Shown here: positions 1 through 12,517 of the stretch, piece by piece
Layout of the letters: each line of letters begins with the position of its first letter
Numbering within the stretch: position 1 is the stretch's first letter
Source: Paraspadella gotoi
Taxonomy: Eukaryota > Animalia > Chaetognatha
Length of the DNA: 64,000 nucleotides
Direction: 5' to 3'
NCBI GenBank assembly: GCA_051294375.1
Contig: CM119266.1
Location: forward strand, 21,829,875-21,893,874
Program-made: the position numbers and the translations under genes
Notes under the pieces: model-generated
What the model was told of the DNA's origin: nothing
Seen by the model: only the letters and a program-made list of their open reading frames with translations
Database searches by the model: none

Positions 1-1496
1 ACTTCTCCGTCATTGAAGTTCCCATGGATTTGGACCTGATACAACAGAAATGGGATCATGGTCTCTACGTCGACCTTCCGACATTCCGCGCCGACCTCAC
101 CCTCCTCTTCGACAACGCCATCAAGTATTTCGACCCGGCGACGATGGTTTACCACACCGCGCGCCGTCTCCGCCACTTTGTCAAGAAGATAACCGGTCGG
201 GATAAGTTGTTGGAGATGAAGCTGCGATTTCCTTCGCTGCTGGCGGGAATCGGGATCGAAGAGCTTGGACTCGACGAGGCAGAGTTGACGGAGAACTGCA
301 GTGCGGCTCGAGACGACGAGGGAAATCTCGTGGTCGAAGTTGCCGAACCTACGGATCACGACGAAGACATGAGGATCGAATGGGTTCGGACGGAACTCGG
401 TGATCGGGCGGGCGGAAAAAACTTCGGCGTCATCAAGAAAACCGCCGCCGAGAAGCCTTCGGCTCGAAAACCCTTAAGCGATAACGTCTCCACCCAAGAG
501 GTGTTGACCACATGGATGAGCCAGGTCGGCGGCGCGGGTCGCAAAGCGACGCCAATGACAAAGAAGCCCAACCCAATGCTGTCACGTCAGAGCGAAAACG
601 GATTAACGACGCTCTCCATTCTGAACCCCGACAACGCGGCTGTTGCGGTCGATGCCAATGGCGAAGCTGTTTATCGGCCGGACGCATCCGAAGCCAACGC
701 CGCTGTTTCGCTGAAGCAGACGCTGGGTCGGGTGGCCGTGGGTTCCGGAGGCGTGGCCACTTACAAAGAAGATCGCCGCAACTCTGTCAAGCCGATTAAG
801 TACATCGAACGGACGGCGTTTTGCTCCTTCGGTCCCACCTACGATTCCCGCTTCTCCAATCTATCCAAATCCGATTCCGATGATCTCATTTCCGCCTTTC
901 ACGAAGAGTCTGACTTTCGCTTCGCTGACGAAATAAAATCCGCCATCCGTCAGGCGAGTGACTATGAAATCCACGCCGTCGACGGGCTGCTTGACGTCAT
1001 CACCGGGGGAAAGCATTCCGAGCAACAAAACGTCGTGGACAGTATTAAAGCCTTCGAAGAGGCCGAGGAGACGATGAGGAAAATGGCGGAGGCTTCGGGG
1101 TCGCGAGTGGACGATGATGAAATCATGGAAGTCGAGCAAGCTTCGTCGTCGAACTCGCTAAGCGTATTGCTCGATGACAACGCCTCCAACCTCTTGACGC
1201 TTCGGAACATTCAAAAAGCCCGTCTCAGCCGAGCGCCTCCCCAGCATCTGGCACTACTTAAGGGTCCCCCGGAGGAAGAGTTCGAACTCGCGGACAAAAT
1301 CACTTCTGGACTCTCCTCATTAACCAAAATGTCGGCTCCTCAAGATCTCGTATCGAGTAAGGTTATCCTTGCCGCTTTGGGAGTAGATCTCCTTAAGCAC
1401 GTTAAGAATCCGATGGAAGTCCCGACACAACCTTTCGCCAAAGAGGACGTTCCCCAAAACGTGTTCTCTCGAACCTTCGGGTCTTTTTTGTCCTGA
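1..1496 (+). CDS. Bromodomain-containing protein BRD7/BRD9-like, 5' end truncated by window edge
   Basis: Frame is open from the window edge. It has the bromodomain C-half (VPMDL...FRADLTLLFDNAIKYF) and the BRD7/9-type motif SFGPTYDSRFSNLSKSDSDDLI. Stop TGA at 1494-1496. Confidence 0.8.
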   Translation, partial: FSVIEVPMDLDLIQQKWDHGLYVDLPTFRADLTLLFDNAIKYFDPATMVYHTARRLRHFVKKITGRDKLLEMKLRFPSLLAGIGIEELGLDEAELTENCSAARDDEGNLVVEVAEPTDHDEDMRIEWVRTELGDRAGGKNFGVIKKTAAEKPSARKPLSDNVSTQEVLTTWMSQVGGAGRKATPMTKKPNPMLSRQSENGLTTLSILNPDNAAVAVDANGEAVYRPDASEANAAVSLKQTLGRVAVGSGGVATYKEDRRNSVKPIKYIERTAFCSFGPTYDSRFSNLSKSDSDDLISAFHEESDFRFADEIKSAIRQASDYEIHAVDGLLDVITGGKHSEQQNVVDSIKAFEEAEETMRKMAEASGSRVDDDEIMEVEQASSSNSLSVLLDDNASNLLTLRNIQKARLSRAPPQHLALLKGPPEEEFELADKITSGLSSLTKMSAPQDLVSSKVILAALGVDLLKHVKNPMEVPTQPFAKEDVPQNVFSRTFGSFLS

Positions 1497-1648
1497 AACT
1501 GAGCTAGAAGTTATGCATCTTAATAAAATACAGTTTTATAATTTAGCTTATTCCTTCATATGATAATTTTATTTCTTAACAAGTTTTTCTTGATCGATTT
1601 TTTGAACTGCAAACTAGTACATCCATCACCGTTGAGGATTTTAAAATC

Positions 1649-3701
1649 ATGAATCGCCTGCTTGTGATTTTACTCTCTCTCTCTGCGCTCGCTCTGAGCG
1701 ACATCGCCGAAGAGGAAGGGGTTTTAGTTTTAACCACCGCCAACTTTGATGACGCTCTTAACGATAATCAATACATTCTAGGTAATTCTAAAAGCTCCTT
1801 TTAATTCGTCTGTTCTTAAACGCGTGGTCCTATACTCTAACACAAACATGTTTGTTTTGATTTAGTCGAATTTTATGCTCCTTGGTGTGGACATTGCAAA
1901 GCGCTTGCTCCCGAATACGCTAGCGCCGCCACTCAGTTAAAAGATGCAGGGTCAGATGTTAAACTTGCAAAGGTATTTGTTAGAATGGAATACGTATTGG
2001 TTTTGTTTATAATTTTAGTTTTAGTATTGTTTTAATAAATTTATCACATAATTTAATTTAATTATTCGAGGTGGACGCCACCATTGAGTCTTCCCTAGCC
2101 GAGAAGTTTCAAGTCAGCGGCTACCCGACGATCAAATTTTTCAAGAATGGCAAACCCTCTGACTATACCGGCGGTCGCACTTCCAACGAAATCGTCGCTT
2201 GGCTCGGCAAAAAGACTGGACCGCCCGCCAAAACTCTCGCGACTTCCGAAGAACTAGAATCCTTCGTCGAAAGCGCGGAGGTCGTCGTCGTTGGATTTTT
2301 CGCCGACCCCGGAAGCGAAGCCGCTGCTGTTTTCCTTGAGGCCGCGGGCGACATCGATCTGCCCCTGGGTAAGTTAAGCAGGGTTCGTATTTGGAACTTC
2401 GATGAATGTCAAATTATGACCGCACATTAATGTCGACTTTATATCCCTTTTTTTCTGCAGGCATCGTTTCCTCGAACGATCTCGCCGCCTCCAAAGCCGT
2501 CTCCGACGACGCTGTGGTCCTTTTCAAAAAGTTCGACGAGCTACGCAACGATCTCCCCGCCGCCGACTTGACCGTCGAGGCCGTCAAGAAACACGTACAC
2601 GTAAACTCTCTTCCATTGGCAGTCGAGTTTACCCAAGAGACCGCGCAGAAGATCTTCGGCGGCGACATCAAGAACCATCTGCTCCTTTTTGTCTCCAAGA
2701 TAAGCGAAGACTTCAAGAAATTGCTCGACCAATTCCAAAAGGCGGCCAAAGCTTTTAAGGGCGAAATCCTTTTCATCTACATCGACGTTGATGTCGAAGA
2801 TAACGAGAGAATACTCGAGTTCTTCGGATTGAGCAAAGAAGATTGCCCCACCGTTCGTCTTATCAATCTTGGCGACGACATGATAAAGTTCAAACCGGAT
2901 GCTCCGACTTTGACCATGGAGTCGATTCAAAAATTCGTTCAGGACTACAAGGATGGAAAACTCAAACCGTTTCTCATGTCGGAAGAAGTAAGGGGAAAAT
3001 AATGAGAAGATGATTCTCCCATGCTATTTTATAAATAATTGAAAATAATAATAATAATAATAATAATAATTAAAACAATGAGACTGGCATTGTTTAGGTT
3101 CCCGAAGACTGGGACGCCATGCCCGTCAAGGTTCTGGTCGGCAAGAATTTCGACGCCGTTGCAAAAGACCCTACGAAAAACGTTCTTGTCGAATTTTACG
3201 CTCCGTGGTGCGGCCACTGCAAGCAGCTGGCACCAATCTGGGATCAACTGGGGGAGAAATACAAGGACAGTCCCGACACGGTCATCGCTAAAATGGATGC
3301 CACGGCCAACGAACTCGAAGACGTTAAGGTTCAGTCTTTTCCCACCATCAAATTCTTTCCCGCAGGTAAGGGAACTTTGAAGAGTTTAAAGCTGTTTGTA
3401 ATCTTCAGTTTTTTTTTATTCACTTCTTATTTTTCTCTTTGTTCGATTTACTTTCATATTACATAATTACTTATCAGGTGCCGATTCTCAAGTCATCGAT
3501 TATAACGGTGGCCGGAACTTGGATGGTTTCGTCAAATTCTTAGAATCGGGTGGAACCGAGGGAGCCGGTGGCCCCGATGATGGGGAGGAGGAGGAAGAAG
3601 AGGAAGAGGAAGAAGACGTGGAGCCAGAAGAGGAGGATGCTTCCCCAATGGACGGGGAAGAGGAACAGGAAGAAGAGGAGCCGGAACACGATGAGTTGTG
3701 A
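1649..3701 (+). CDS. P4HB: Protein disulfide-isomerase (PDIA1/P4HB-like), 6 exons (~1649-1781, 1866-1972, 2071-2368, 2461-2987, 3098-3366, 3478-3701)
   Basis: Signal peptide [17 protein letters not shown], two [10 protein letters not shown] thioredoxin active sites, an acidic tail and a C-terminal HDEL retention signal. GT-AG introns join the exons. Confidence 0.93.
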
Positions 3702-4074
3702 TTCCCTCGGAAGATCTCGATTATCGGACGCATTTTTATTGCGTATTCGTATTCATCCACCGGGTCCGGTTTTGTTGGTTTATCGCCATATATACATAAT
3801 ACATATACGTAGATGTAGTATTGTAGCGAAAACTAGTTCAAAATTAGCCAACGAACAACAAATAATATACTTTCCCTAAAGACTTTTAGACAAAACAATT
3901 TTTTTACCGATGGATGTCTTGTTGCAGTTCTTAATATACATAATGAAATAGAAACCTATCAATTTTAAATTGCTAATTCCATTTTTGTAGGCAATAAGTT
4001 AGTGCTACATTTTCACACGATGGTGACGTGAACTTCTCACGATTTTTTCTCCGTCACATTTGAAACATTTGAGG

Positions 4075-6318
4075 ATGAGATTTTTAAACTCCCACACCAC
4101 CGCGGCGATGACGGCGACGTTGCCTCGATTTTCTAGTCGCGCAAACTATTTATGGGCGCTCTTCGTTTTCCTCGTGCTGGAAGGGGGAGTCTCCGCGTCG
4201 CAGCCGGAATCTGGTTGTCGGGGCGTCGCCGTCGCTTACGGCGCCCTCGGCCTCGATCGGGAGGACGTTCCATCGACGCCAATTTCCGGTCGTGATTTGC
4301 GCGTCTGCGCCTCTCCGCACTCCTGCTGTACGCGATCCATGGAGACCAGGCTTTCCTCACTGGCTAGGGTCGACGTTGACAAGGCGATGACGGATTCGCT
4401 TTCTCACCTGCGTCAGACTTTCGTCGTTCATACGGCCAAGTTCGATTCCTTCTTCAATGAACTGTTGAAAAACGCCGAGTTCGATCTGAACAAAATGTTC
4501 GTCCGTACGTACGGACTTTTGTATCAACAGAACTCTTATGTCTTTATGGACTTGTTTAAAGACCTGAGGAATTACTATCGGGGCGGCAACCTCGATCTCG
4601 GCGACGTATTGGATTCCTTTTTCGCCACTTTACTCCAGAAAATGTTCCAGTTGTTAAACGCCCAGTACTACATGGACGAGCTCTACTTGAGCTGCGTATC
4701 CAACACTATGGACGACCTAAAACCCTTCGGCGATGTTCCGCGTGAGTTTTTCTTTCCGATGTATTATGTATTCTTACATAACGCTCTAGAATCAATATTT
4801 GTTTCAACAGAGCGGCTATCCCTTCAAATCCGCCGCTCTTTCGTGGCCGCGCGAACCTTTGTCCAGGCCTTATCGGTCGGTCGCGACGTCGTCCACAAAA
4901 TCTCCCAAGTTCCTCTATCACCCGAATGTCACAACGCCCTCGTCAGCATGGTCTATTGTTCTTACTGCCGCGGACTCCCCTTTCTCAAACCTTGCAACAA
5001 ACTCTGCCTCGATGTAATGGGCGGTTGCTTGGCTCAACATAAGGAGATTAACAGCGCCTGGGATAAATACATTGGTGAGCGTTAAAAACTTGAAAATGAA
5101 CAACACAGATAACAAATAAATTGAACGATATTTGATATTTTAGTGATTTTATTTTTAATTACTCATTTTAAACAAAATACAGATCATCTGCTGCTTCTGG
5201 GTGACCGTTTGGAGAGCTCCTTCAACATCGAGCAAGTTATAGAACCGATCGACGTCAAAATATCCGACGCCATCATGCACTTTCAGGAAAACGGAGCCGA
5301 TGTGACGAAGCGTGTCTTCAGGGCGTGCGGTCAACCTCGGCATCATCGCCGTCGGAGAGACGTCGGTGGTGAGTCCGACGAGCCTGCCACCACAACCTTC
5401 CCGTCCACGACCTCCGAACCGCACCTCAATGAGAATACCACTGACAACGCCAATACCAAAGATGACGTCGTCTATATTGACGACGACGAAGCTAACGACG
5501 ACGCTCTCCGTCGTCAAGTGGCAATTACCAAAGATTCCGATCAACCTCTTGGTAAAAGCAATAAGACGAAAAAATCCAAAGAAGCTAAGACCCGTCGAAA
5601 GCGCAAAAAGACTCTTGGCACGACCGAGATGCGCTACGAGCGACCCGAAAAGGGTCGTAAACCTCTCATCTCGAAGCCTGGTGGTCTTTCGCTCGACCGT
5701 CTCGTCAGGGACATCAAAAACAAGGTGAAGATCGGGCGAGGTTTTTGGTCTCACCTGCCCGATTCTCTATGCAACAACGATAAGTTATCTGCCTCCGCGG
5801 ATATGGAGGATAATTGCTGGAACGGCGAGGGTCGCGGTCTCTACGAGGGCGGTCGCGCCAATGAGATCCAGGAATCGCGCCTGGGTCGCGAGATAGTCGA
5901 CGATCAACTTTTTTCTTTGAAATCGATCGCAGAGAAGCTGCGCTTGGCTTTTAAAGGAGTCGAAGTCAATTGGATGGACAACGCCGTCGCCGATTGGACG
6001 GGCGGATCTGGCGACGGCAGCGAATACGACGATGAAGAAGACGACGAAGGCGACGATTATGATGTTGAAGATGATTGGAGCGGATCTGGCAGCGGATACG
6101 ATGACTTGGGATCGGGAGGCGATATCAGCTTCGATCCTGAGAATCCTCAGAGACCCGACATTAGTCACCTCCCTAAAGATAAACCCAGAGTTGGCAAGAG
6201 TTGCCAGGCGGGATCTTGCGATGGCAGCGGCGCGTCCGCGTCTCATGCTGCCGTTTCTTTCGCGGGATTCGTTTGTGCTACTGTGGTTCCCTTGGTGACG
6301 AGTGCTTTTACACGTTAG
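4075..6318 (+). CDS. Glypican (GPC4/6/dally-like type), 3 exons (introns ~4742-4810, ~5074-5182)
   Basis: Signal peptide and glypican Cys pattern (LRVC..SCCTRSME, LKPFGDVP, CSYCRG..KPC..LC..VMGGCLA, CWNG). Also a furin site RRRR, Ser-Gly heparan-sulfate attachment sites in an acidic context, and a hydrophobic GPI signal. The start could instead be ATG 4108. Confidence 0.92.
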
Positions 6319-7048
6319 ATGGCGCGTCTAACCGCACCTTACCCTCAGTAGTGTCTTTTTCTACCACCTATCCTTTTCGTGGCAATCCTCGATTCAACGC
6401 TGTGTGACAATTCACCATTTGTTGCTATGGAAGAAACCTTTTTTTTTCAAATTATTCTTCCACTGTTTACTCCTTTTTGACTGTTTTCTTTCCTCAACTT
6501 TTTTTGCACTATTCGAGGCGAATAAGTTTGTTGAACTTCTTTACTCATCCTGAAACTGGCTTTTTATTTTTTAACTTTCACTACTATCGTGTTATTTGTT
6601 GCTCACACGAAGAGCTTTCTGAATATATTTACCTCATACAGATGTTAATATTACAAGTGGTGTGCTATCATGTACAGTATAGCTTTAGTTACTGCAAATT
6701 CTTTTCATTATTACTACTAGTAATCATTACTTTCGAACTTTTTGTTGTTGTCTATCTATAAAATCCTATGTTTGAAATTTATCAAAAAAATTTTGGTAAC
6801 GCTTTTTTACAGTATTTTGTTAGAAATTAGATTTTAATTCCTTTGTTTTTAATACGTAACAAAGATACTCGCGAACGAAAACTTATCTATTAATAAAACT
6901 TGTTTAGTTAGACATTTAGTTTTTTACATTCCCTAGATGCCACAGCATAGACAACATATAACTCGGTAACTGGCCGAGAAAAATTTAAATTTACGAAATC
7001 ATGTTCGCATCCAAATTTGTGATATGACGCTACAAGCACTTCACCAAC

Positions 7049-10000
7049 ATGTCGCTCTCGTCGATGAGAGGTAGCGCGTCGTCTACCCCGCGCAGCGTTA
7101 CCGCCTCAGCGCGGATATTGACGCCATCTCGCTCTGGCGTTCCTCATTCAAGATCGTCTTCGAGTGGCGTCACTTTTCGCCCACCCGACGCAGACGGACT
7201 ATCACTCAGTCTCTCCGGCGCGTCTGTATCAACAGCCAAGCAGGTTGGTCATCTCAATTTAATATGAAATTGGTACAACCAATATATATTATATATATTA
7301 CATATATATTACATCCGCCTGTCTGTACTATGTATTTTGATTTAATTGAATTTCAACTCTCCATTTATTCTTTTAGGGCTCTCAGCGAGGATCTTCCTCC
7401 GCATCTCGGCGTTCTTTGACTTCTCCCGCAGAGGGTCGCCTTCTTAGATTTCCCACACCGGAAAATTTTTCGCGTGGAGCCGCTTCAAAGGAGGCGGGCA
7501 ACAGGAGGCCTCGCGTACCCGCTCGTCTGGAAGCGACTTCTCACCGTGATTCCCGCATAACAGTTGCAGACTCCCTCTCTCATCGTTTTACAGCGAGCGA
7601 CGGTCCCAGAGTCTCGACTCCCGCGTCGTTCTCATTCGCTCCTGATTCGCTCGACATTTTGGACAGCGTCAGTTCTTTCGAGGCCAACGAGCGAAGTTTT
7701 TTAGAGCTCGAGGAGCAGGAAGCTGCCGAGGGAGCAGGAGCCGCCGCCCCATCAAACCAAATCGGCCCCGTGTCTCCTGGAGAACTAAAAGAAGCCGAGG
7801 CCTTCATTCATCTCCTCAACAGTTCCGCTGCCAAAATCCAGTCGTGGTACCGACGCCACTCGCGGCGTCGCAAGGCCGGCGAAGCGGCTCTTAAAAGACT
7901 TCTCGCCGGTAAGAAGGAGGAGGTAGAGAGAAAGAAGGCCGAGGAAAGAAATCTTTCGGAGCAGGAGCGATTAAAGGAGGAAGAGGCGAAGAAAAGGAGG
8001 GAGGAAAAGGCAAAGGAGGCCCGACAGCGTGCTATTCTCGAGTTGGCCAAGAAGAGGGAGGCCAAGAAGGCAGAGACAAAGCGTATCGCCGAGGAAGAAG
8101 TAAAACGCGTTGCGGAGCGACGCGAAGTCATCGCCAAAAAGAAGAAGAAAAACTCTGTGTTGGCGAATTTGGCTAAGAACGTCAATCTTAATTCTCCGCC
8201 CATCGAGCGAGAAAGCTACGGTGATTCTACGACTCCTCCCGAAAAAATGCGCTCCGTGGATGGATCGCCCGAGAGGGGGCAGGTCGACGACAATTCCCTT
8301 TTCGGCACTTGGGCTTCCGGTAGCGCTCTTCATTCCGAGCGCGATCGGAGCGAAAAAGCTGTCAACGGAGACGACGACGATGTCGCAAGCAACGAAGATA
8401 CTGCCTCTAGATTCAGTAGAGACACGAAAACTTTGGAAGCCGGGCCCTCGACGGTCGCCGGCAATGCCGCCCTCGAGGATCTCCTCGATTCGTTAAAGAC
8501 GTTGGAGGCCGACGACGTCTTGGACGCCGGAGCCAAGAAAAATGCGGATAAAAAGAAAAAGGGACCCAAGTGGCTCGAGGAAATCGACGCCATCGAATCT
8601 GGAAATTCAAATTTTTCTCTTCGTCCCGAGTTTCCAAATTCGGAGACTTCGTCTTCTTCAAAGCGATCGGGCTACTTAGACGCCGGCAATCTTCAAAGGT
8701 TGAGTCTCGACGGAAACTCGCGGCCCGCTTCGAGAAATGGGCAGAACGGCACTCTTAACGCTTCCTTACGCTCTGCCGGAAGCGTTTCGTCTTTGCTCTC
8801 GGACGGGAAATTACAGAGCATCTTGGACTTTTTGAATCAAGTGGAAAAGGCGTCGAATAAAGACAAGGCGATGGTCGAGCGTCAGAGAGTTGAACTGAAG
8901 AACCGTCCACTCCCGACGGTGGAACCGATTCCCATGAAGTTGGTTCGTACGCCATCCCCCGCTCCACCAGTCGTTGATGTCGAAGAGCAGTTGGAATTGC
9001 AACGCCGCGCCGTCAGCGACGCCGCTTCCGAAGTCTCGCAGACGGTCAAACATCTGCGGATGGAATTGGAGGAAAAGAGCAAAACCATCGAAAAGTTGCA
9101 AAGATCCTTGGCTCAGCAGCGCGAATTAACCGTGCGCCATGCCAAAGAGACGGAACGAGAAATGACGCACAGGTTGCACCTGCAAAAGGATGAGTACGAG
9201 CAAGCTATTCAGCGGCACCTCTCCTTCATTGATCAGTTGATCGACGATAAAAAGTCCTTGGGAGAAAAATGCGAAAATCTTGTCAGCGAGATGAAGAAAA
9301 TGGAGAAAAAGTTCAACTCGAAAATGCAAACGTTGACCGACAATCATCGCGTGGAACTAGAGAGAACCAAAGAACTTCACGCGGCTGCCGAAAAGATGCG
9401 CCGTGAAAAATGGGTGGAGGAGAAAACGAAAAAGATAAAAGAAATCACAGTGAAAGGGTTGGAGCCGGAGATTCAAAAGCTCATCGGGAAGCACAAGGCC
9501 GAAGTGAAGAAACTCAAATCTCTTCACGAGGCCGAAATTTTGGCCTCCGACGAACGAGCCGCCGGGAAGTATGTCCAAGCGACAGAGGATCTTCGCGATC
9601 AACTCAACGCGGAGAAGGAACGCGCCATTGCTCGGGAACGCGAGCTCTCTCAAAAGAAGTTCGACCAGCAACTCGACGATGAGATGAAGGCCCTCGAGAC
9701 TCAAAGGCGGAGGCTTTACAACGAAGTACAAGAAGAGAAAGATCGGCTGGCGGAACAGGCGGCCCGACAGAGAGCTGAACTGGATCGGATTCAAATCAGG
9801 CTCGAGGACACTCATCAAAAGACGGCCAATGCCATCGCCGAAGAATACGAAAAGGCCAAAAAGGAGCAGAACGCAAAGCATCAGATGGAGCTTAAAGAAC
9901 TTAAAGATCGGATGGAAGTAGAGAAGACTTCCTGGATGGAGAACATCATGAAGAAGCAAGAGTCAGTAATTAGCCAGAAGGAGAGAGAGTTAAAAGAAAA

Positions 10001-10667
10001 AGTCAGGAAGGAGCGAGACAATGAGATCGAGGCCGTCATCGCTCGTCTTGAAGAAGACTTGACTAATTCTAAGGAAGAAGCCGAGATCGCTTCCGAGAAC
10101 CGCGTCAAGAGAATACAGCAAAAGTGCGATATCGAGCTGAAAGAGATGGAGGCGGGAGAGAAGGCCGCACTGGAAAAATACAACGAAATGAAGTCGCGAC
10201 TTCTGGACGTGGAATCCAACGCGGAGCGCCTCAAATCCTCTTTGCGGCAAAAGACGGAAGCTTTGGAACAGGCCACGGAGACCTTGGACCGACTAAAAAC
10301 CGAGCGGGGCCACGCCAGCGAAATAATTCGGCAAGAGTTCGCGGACCGCATCGTCGCCACCGATGAAGAGAACAAAAGAGTCCGCATGGAAATGAACGAG
10401 ATGAAGGCGAGGCATCGGCACGAGCTGGAGAGGGCGAGGAACGATGTTGAAAAGACGCTGCGGGACAAAGACGACGAGTTGGAGGAAGTGCACAAACGAG
10501 TCAAGTCGGCGATCATGAAGAAGGAAGAGACGGTGGCCAGCATGCGAGATCAATACCACGCGGCGGTAAAACGGGCTGATCACCTCGAAGGCCTGTTAGA
10601 GCAGCAGAGGAAGCAGCTGCTCGGCGCTGTCGCTTCCGGAAAAAATACCAGCCAAAGAAAAAACTGA
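7049..10667 (+). CDS. CEP131: Centrosomal protein CEP131 (AZI1), 2 exons (7049-7243, 7377-10667)
   Basis: IQ-like motif (AAKIQSWYRR), long coiled coil, and the conserved segments IQRHLSFIDQLIDDKK, KIKEITVKGLEPEIQKLI and AAVKRADHLEGLLEQQRK. The phase-0 intron joins in frame. Confidence 0.88.
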
Positions 10668-11034
10668 TAGGAAGTCAAACTTTAGTGATCTTAAACCTAG
10701 TCCTGCTCTGATGGTTTGGTACTACTTAGTTAACTTTACGGTCATTGTTCCCTTTTTGGAAATGAAGACCAAAAATTATACCTTCTTCGTTAATGATTCC
10801 GTCCATTTTTTACCTAGTTTACAAAAAAATTTAAAAAAAAAAAGAAAATGCAAATAATTGTACAAAGTTAAAGATCTCGCACATTTTTTCGAGTCGTCGT
10901 GCCTTACTCACAGTAGCGTTTAAAATGTTATTTTTTCATGATTTCTATATACTTGTAATCACCTTTACAATCACCGATTTATACATTTTATAATTTATGA
11001 TAAAATTAGTTCTCTCAGAAATATCTATCTAAAA

Positions 11035-12171
11035 ATGACTAACTATGTCGGCGATCGCGAATCAAGACCCGTCGCCCGGAAAGAAACTTCGCTCGACACC
11101 CTGGAAGAAGTCGAGGATTCCAATAGAAATTTGCTTCACGATTCTCAAACACAAAGGACAGGCTGTTGCAATTGGGGTACCGTTCGCGGATTGCTTCTCT
11201 GCCAATTGACTTCGATCTTAATATGCGGCACCGCAGTTTTCAGCAATCTTTTGGTGGAAGAGGGCGTCGACACACCGACACTACAGAGTTTCGGCAATTA
11301 CCTTTTTCTTGCTCTTATCTACACTTCCTCTTACGTTTATCATACACCAAAGGATGTTTTGCTTCAGCGTCTAAAAGAGTCGTGGTGGAAGTACATTGTC
11401 GTCGCTTTGTTTGACGTTGAAGGCAACTACCTCATGGTCAAAGCTTACCAGTATACCTCCATCACTAGCGTCCAGTTGCTGGATAGTGTCACCATTCCCG
11501 TCGTTCTCATCTTGTCTTGGTTTTTCCTCAAATATCGATACCAGTTCATTCACCTTTCCGGCGTCGTCGTTGCCGTCGCGGGAATGGGCATAATGATTTA
11601 CGCTGACGCCAGCGCGTCCTCGGCCTCGCCGCTTAACGGTTCAACCGGAGTTCACGAATCCTTCATATATCATCATTCTTTCTCGGCTGAGACGAAAAAC
11701 GGTACTGGTTGGTCGACGAATTGGTTGGGCGATCTCTTGGCAGTTTTAGGCGCCACGTGCTACGGATTTTCGAACGTCGGGCAGGAATACTTTGTCAACA
11801 GCTCAGGACAGTGGGAGTTCTTAGCGGCGCTCGGATTCTTCGGCTCCTTTATCAACGGCGTTCAGTTTTGCGCGTTGGAACTCGGAGAAGCCAAAATGCT
11901 AATGGCAAAAGTCTCTCGCGTTTATCTCTACATAGTTGGGTTCAACTTGTGTTTATTTTCTATTTATTCGATAGTTCCGAAAACCTTACAATTGACCAGC
12001 GCAGCCGTTTTTAACATTTCGATTCTTACTTCTGATTTTTATACATTCATGTTCGGCCTTTTTCTGTTTCATTTACCCATAAATTTTATGTATTTTCTTG
12101 CGTACATTTTGGTAATTTGTGGAATTACCATTTACAGCTATCGGCCGGTTCCCAATTTGGAAAATGGTTAA
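11035..12171 (+). CDS. Solute carrier family 35 member F1/F2-like, intronless
   Basis: Multi-pass membrane protein with WWKY..ALFDVEGNYLMVKAYQYTSITSVQLLD and SAAVFNISILTSDFY, typical of SLC35F1/2. Confidence 0.88.
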   Translation: MTNYVGDRESRPVARKETSLDTLEEVEDSNRNLLHDSQTQRTGCCNWGTVRGLLLCQLTSILICGTAVFSNLLVEEGVDTPTLQSFGNYLFLALIYTSSYVYHTPKDVLLQRLKESWWKYIVVALFDVEGNYLMVKAYQYTSITSVQLLDSVTIPVVLILSWFFLKYRYQFIHLSGVVVAVAGMGIMIYADASASSASPLNGSTGVHESFIYHHSFSAETKNGTGWSTNWLGDLLAVLGATCYGFSNVGQEYFVNSSGQWEFLAALGFFGSFINGVQFCALELGEAKMLMAKVSRVYLYIVGFNLCLFSIYSIVPKTLQLTSAAVFNISILTSDFYTFMFGLFLFHLPINFMYFLAYILVICGITIYSYRPVPNLENG

Positions 12172-12517
12172 CGAGAACCATTATGCTAAAAAATCGTTAG
12201 TTAGTTTTTTCTGGTGTTTATCACCAAACGTCACCAATAACTCAATATCCATGTTATGTTTGTTTTTTTATATAATAACCTCATAGATTATCGTTAAAAA
12301 GAAAATCCGATTTTTCCTCCTGCTTTAAATTTGATGGAGTTGATTTTTCTCTCCTCAAGACAGCACTTGATTCTGAAATATGGTCGTGAAAACGCCAAAA
12401 AGAAGAACTTAAATTAGTAAAATGAATTTTGAAAAAAAGAATTCAGTGGTACTTATTTTTTGTCAATGAAGTAAAAGATTAGATTATTCCTACATTCAAT
12501 TGGCAATATTTAATTAG

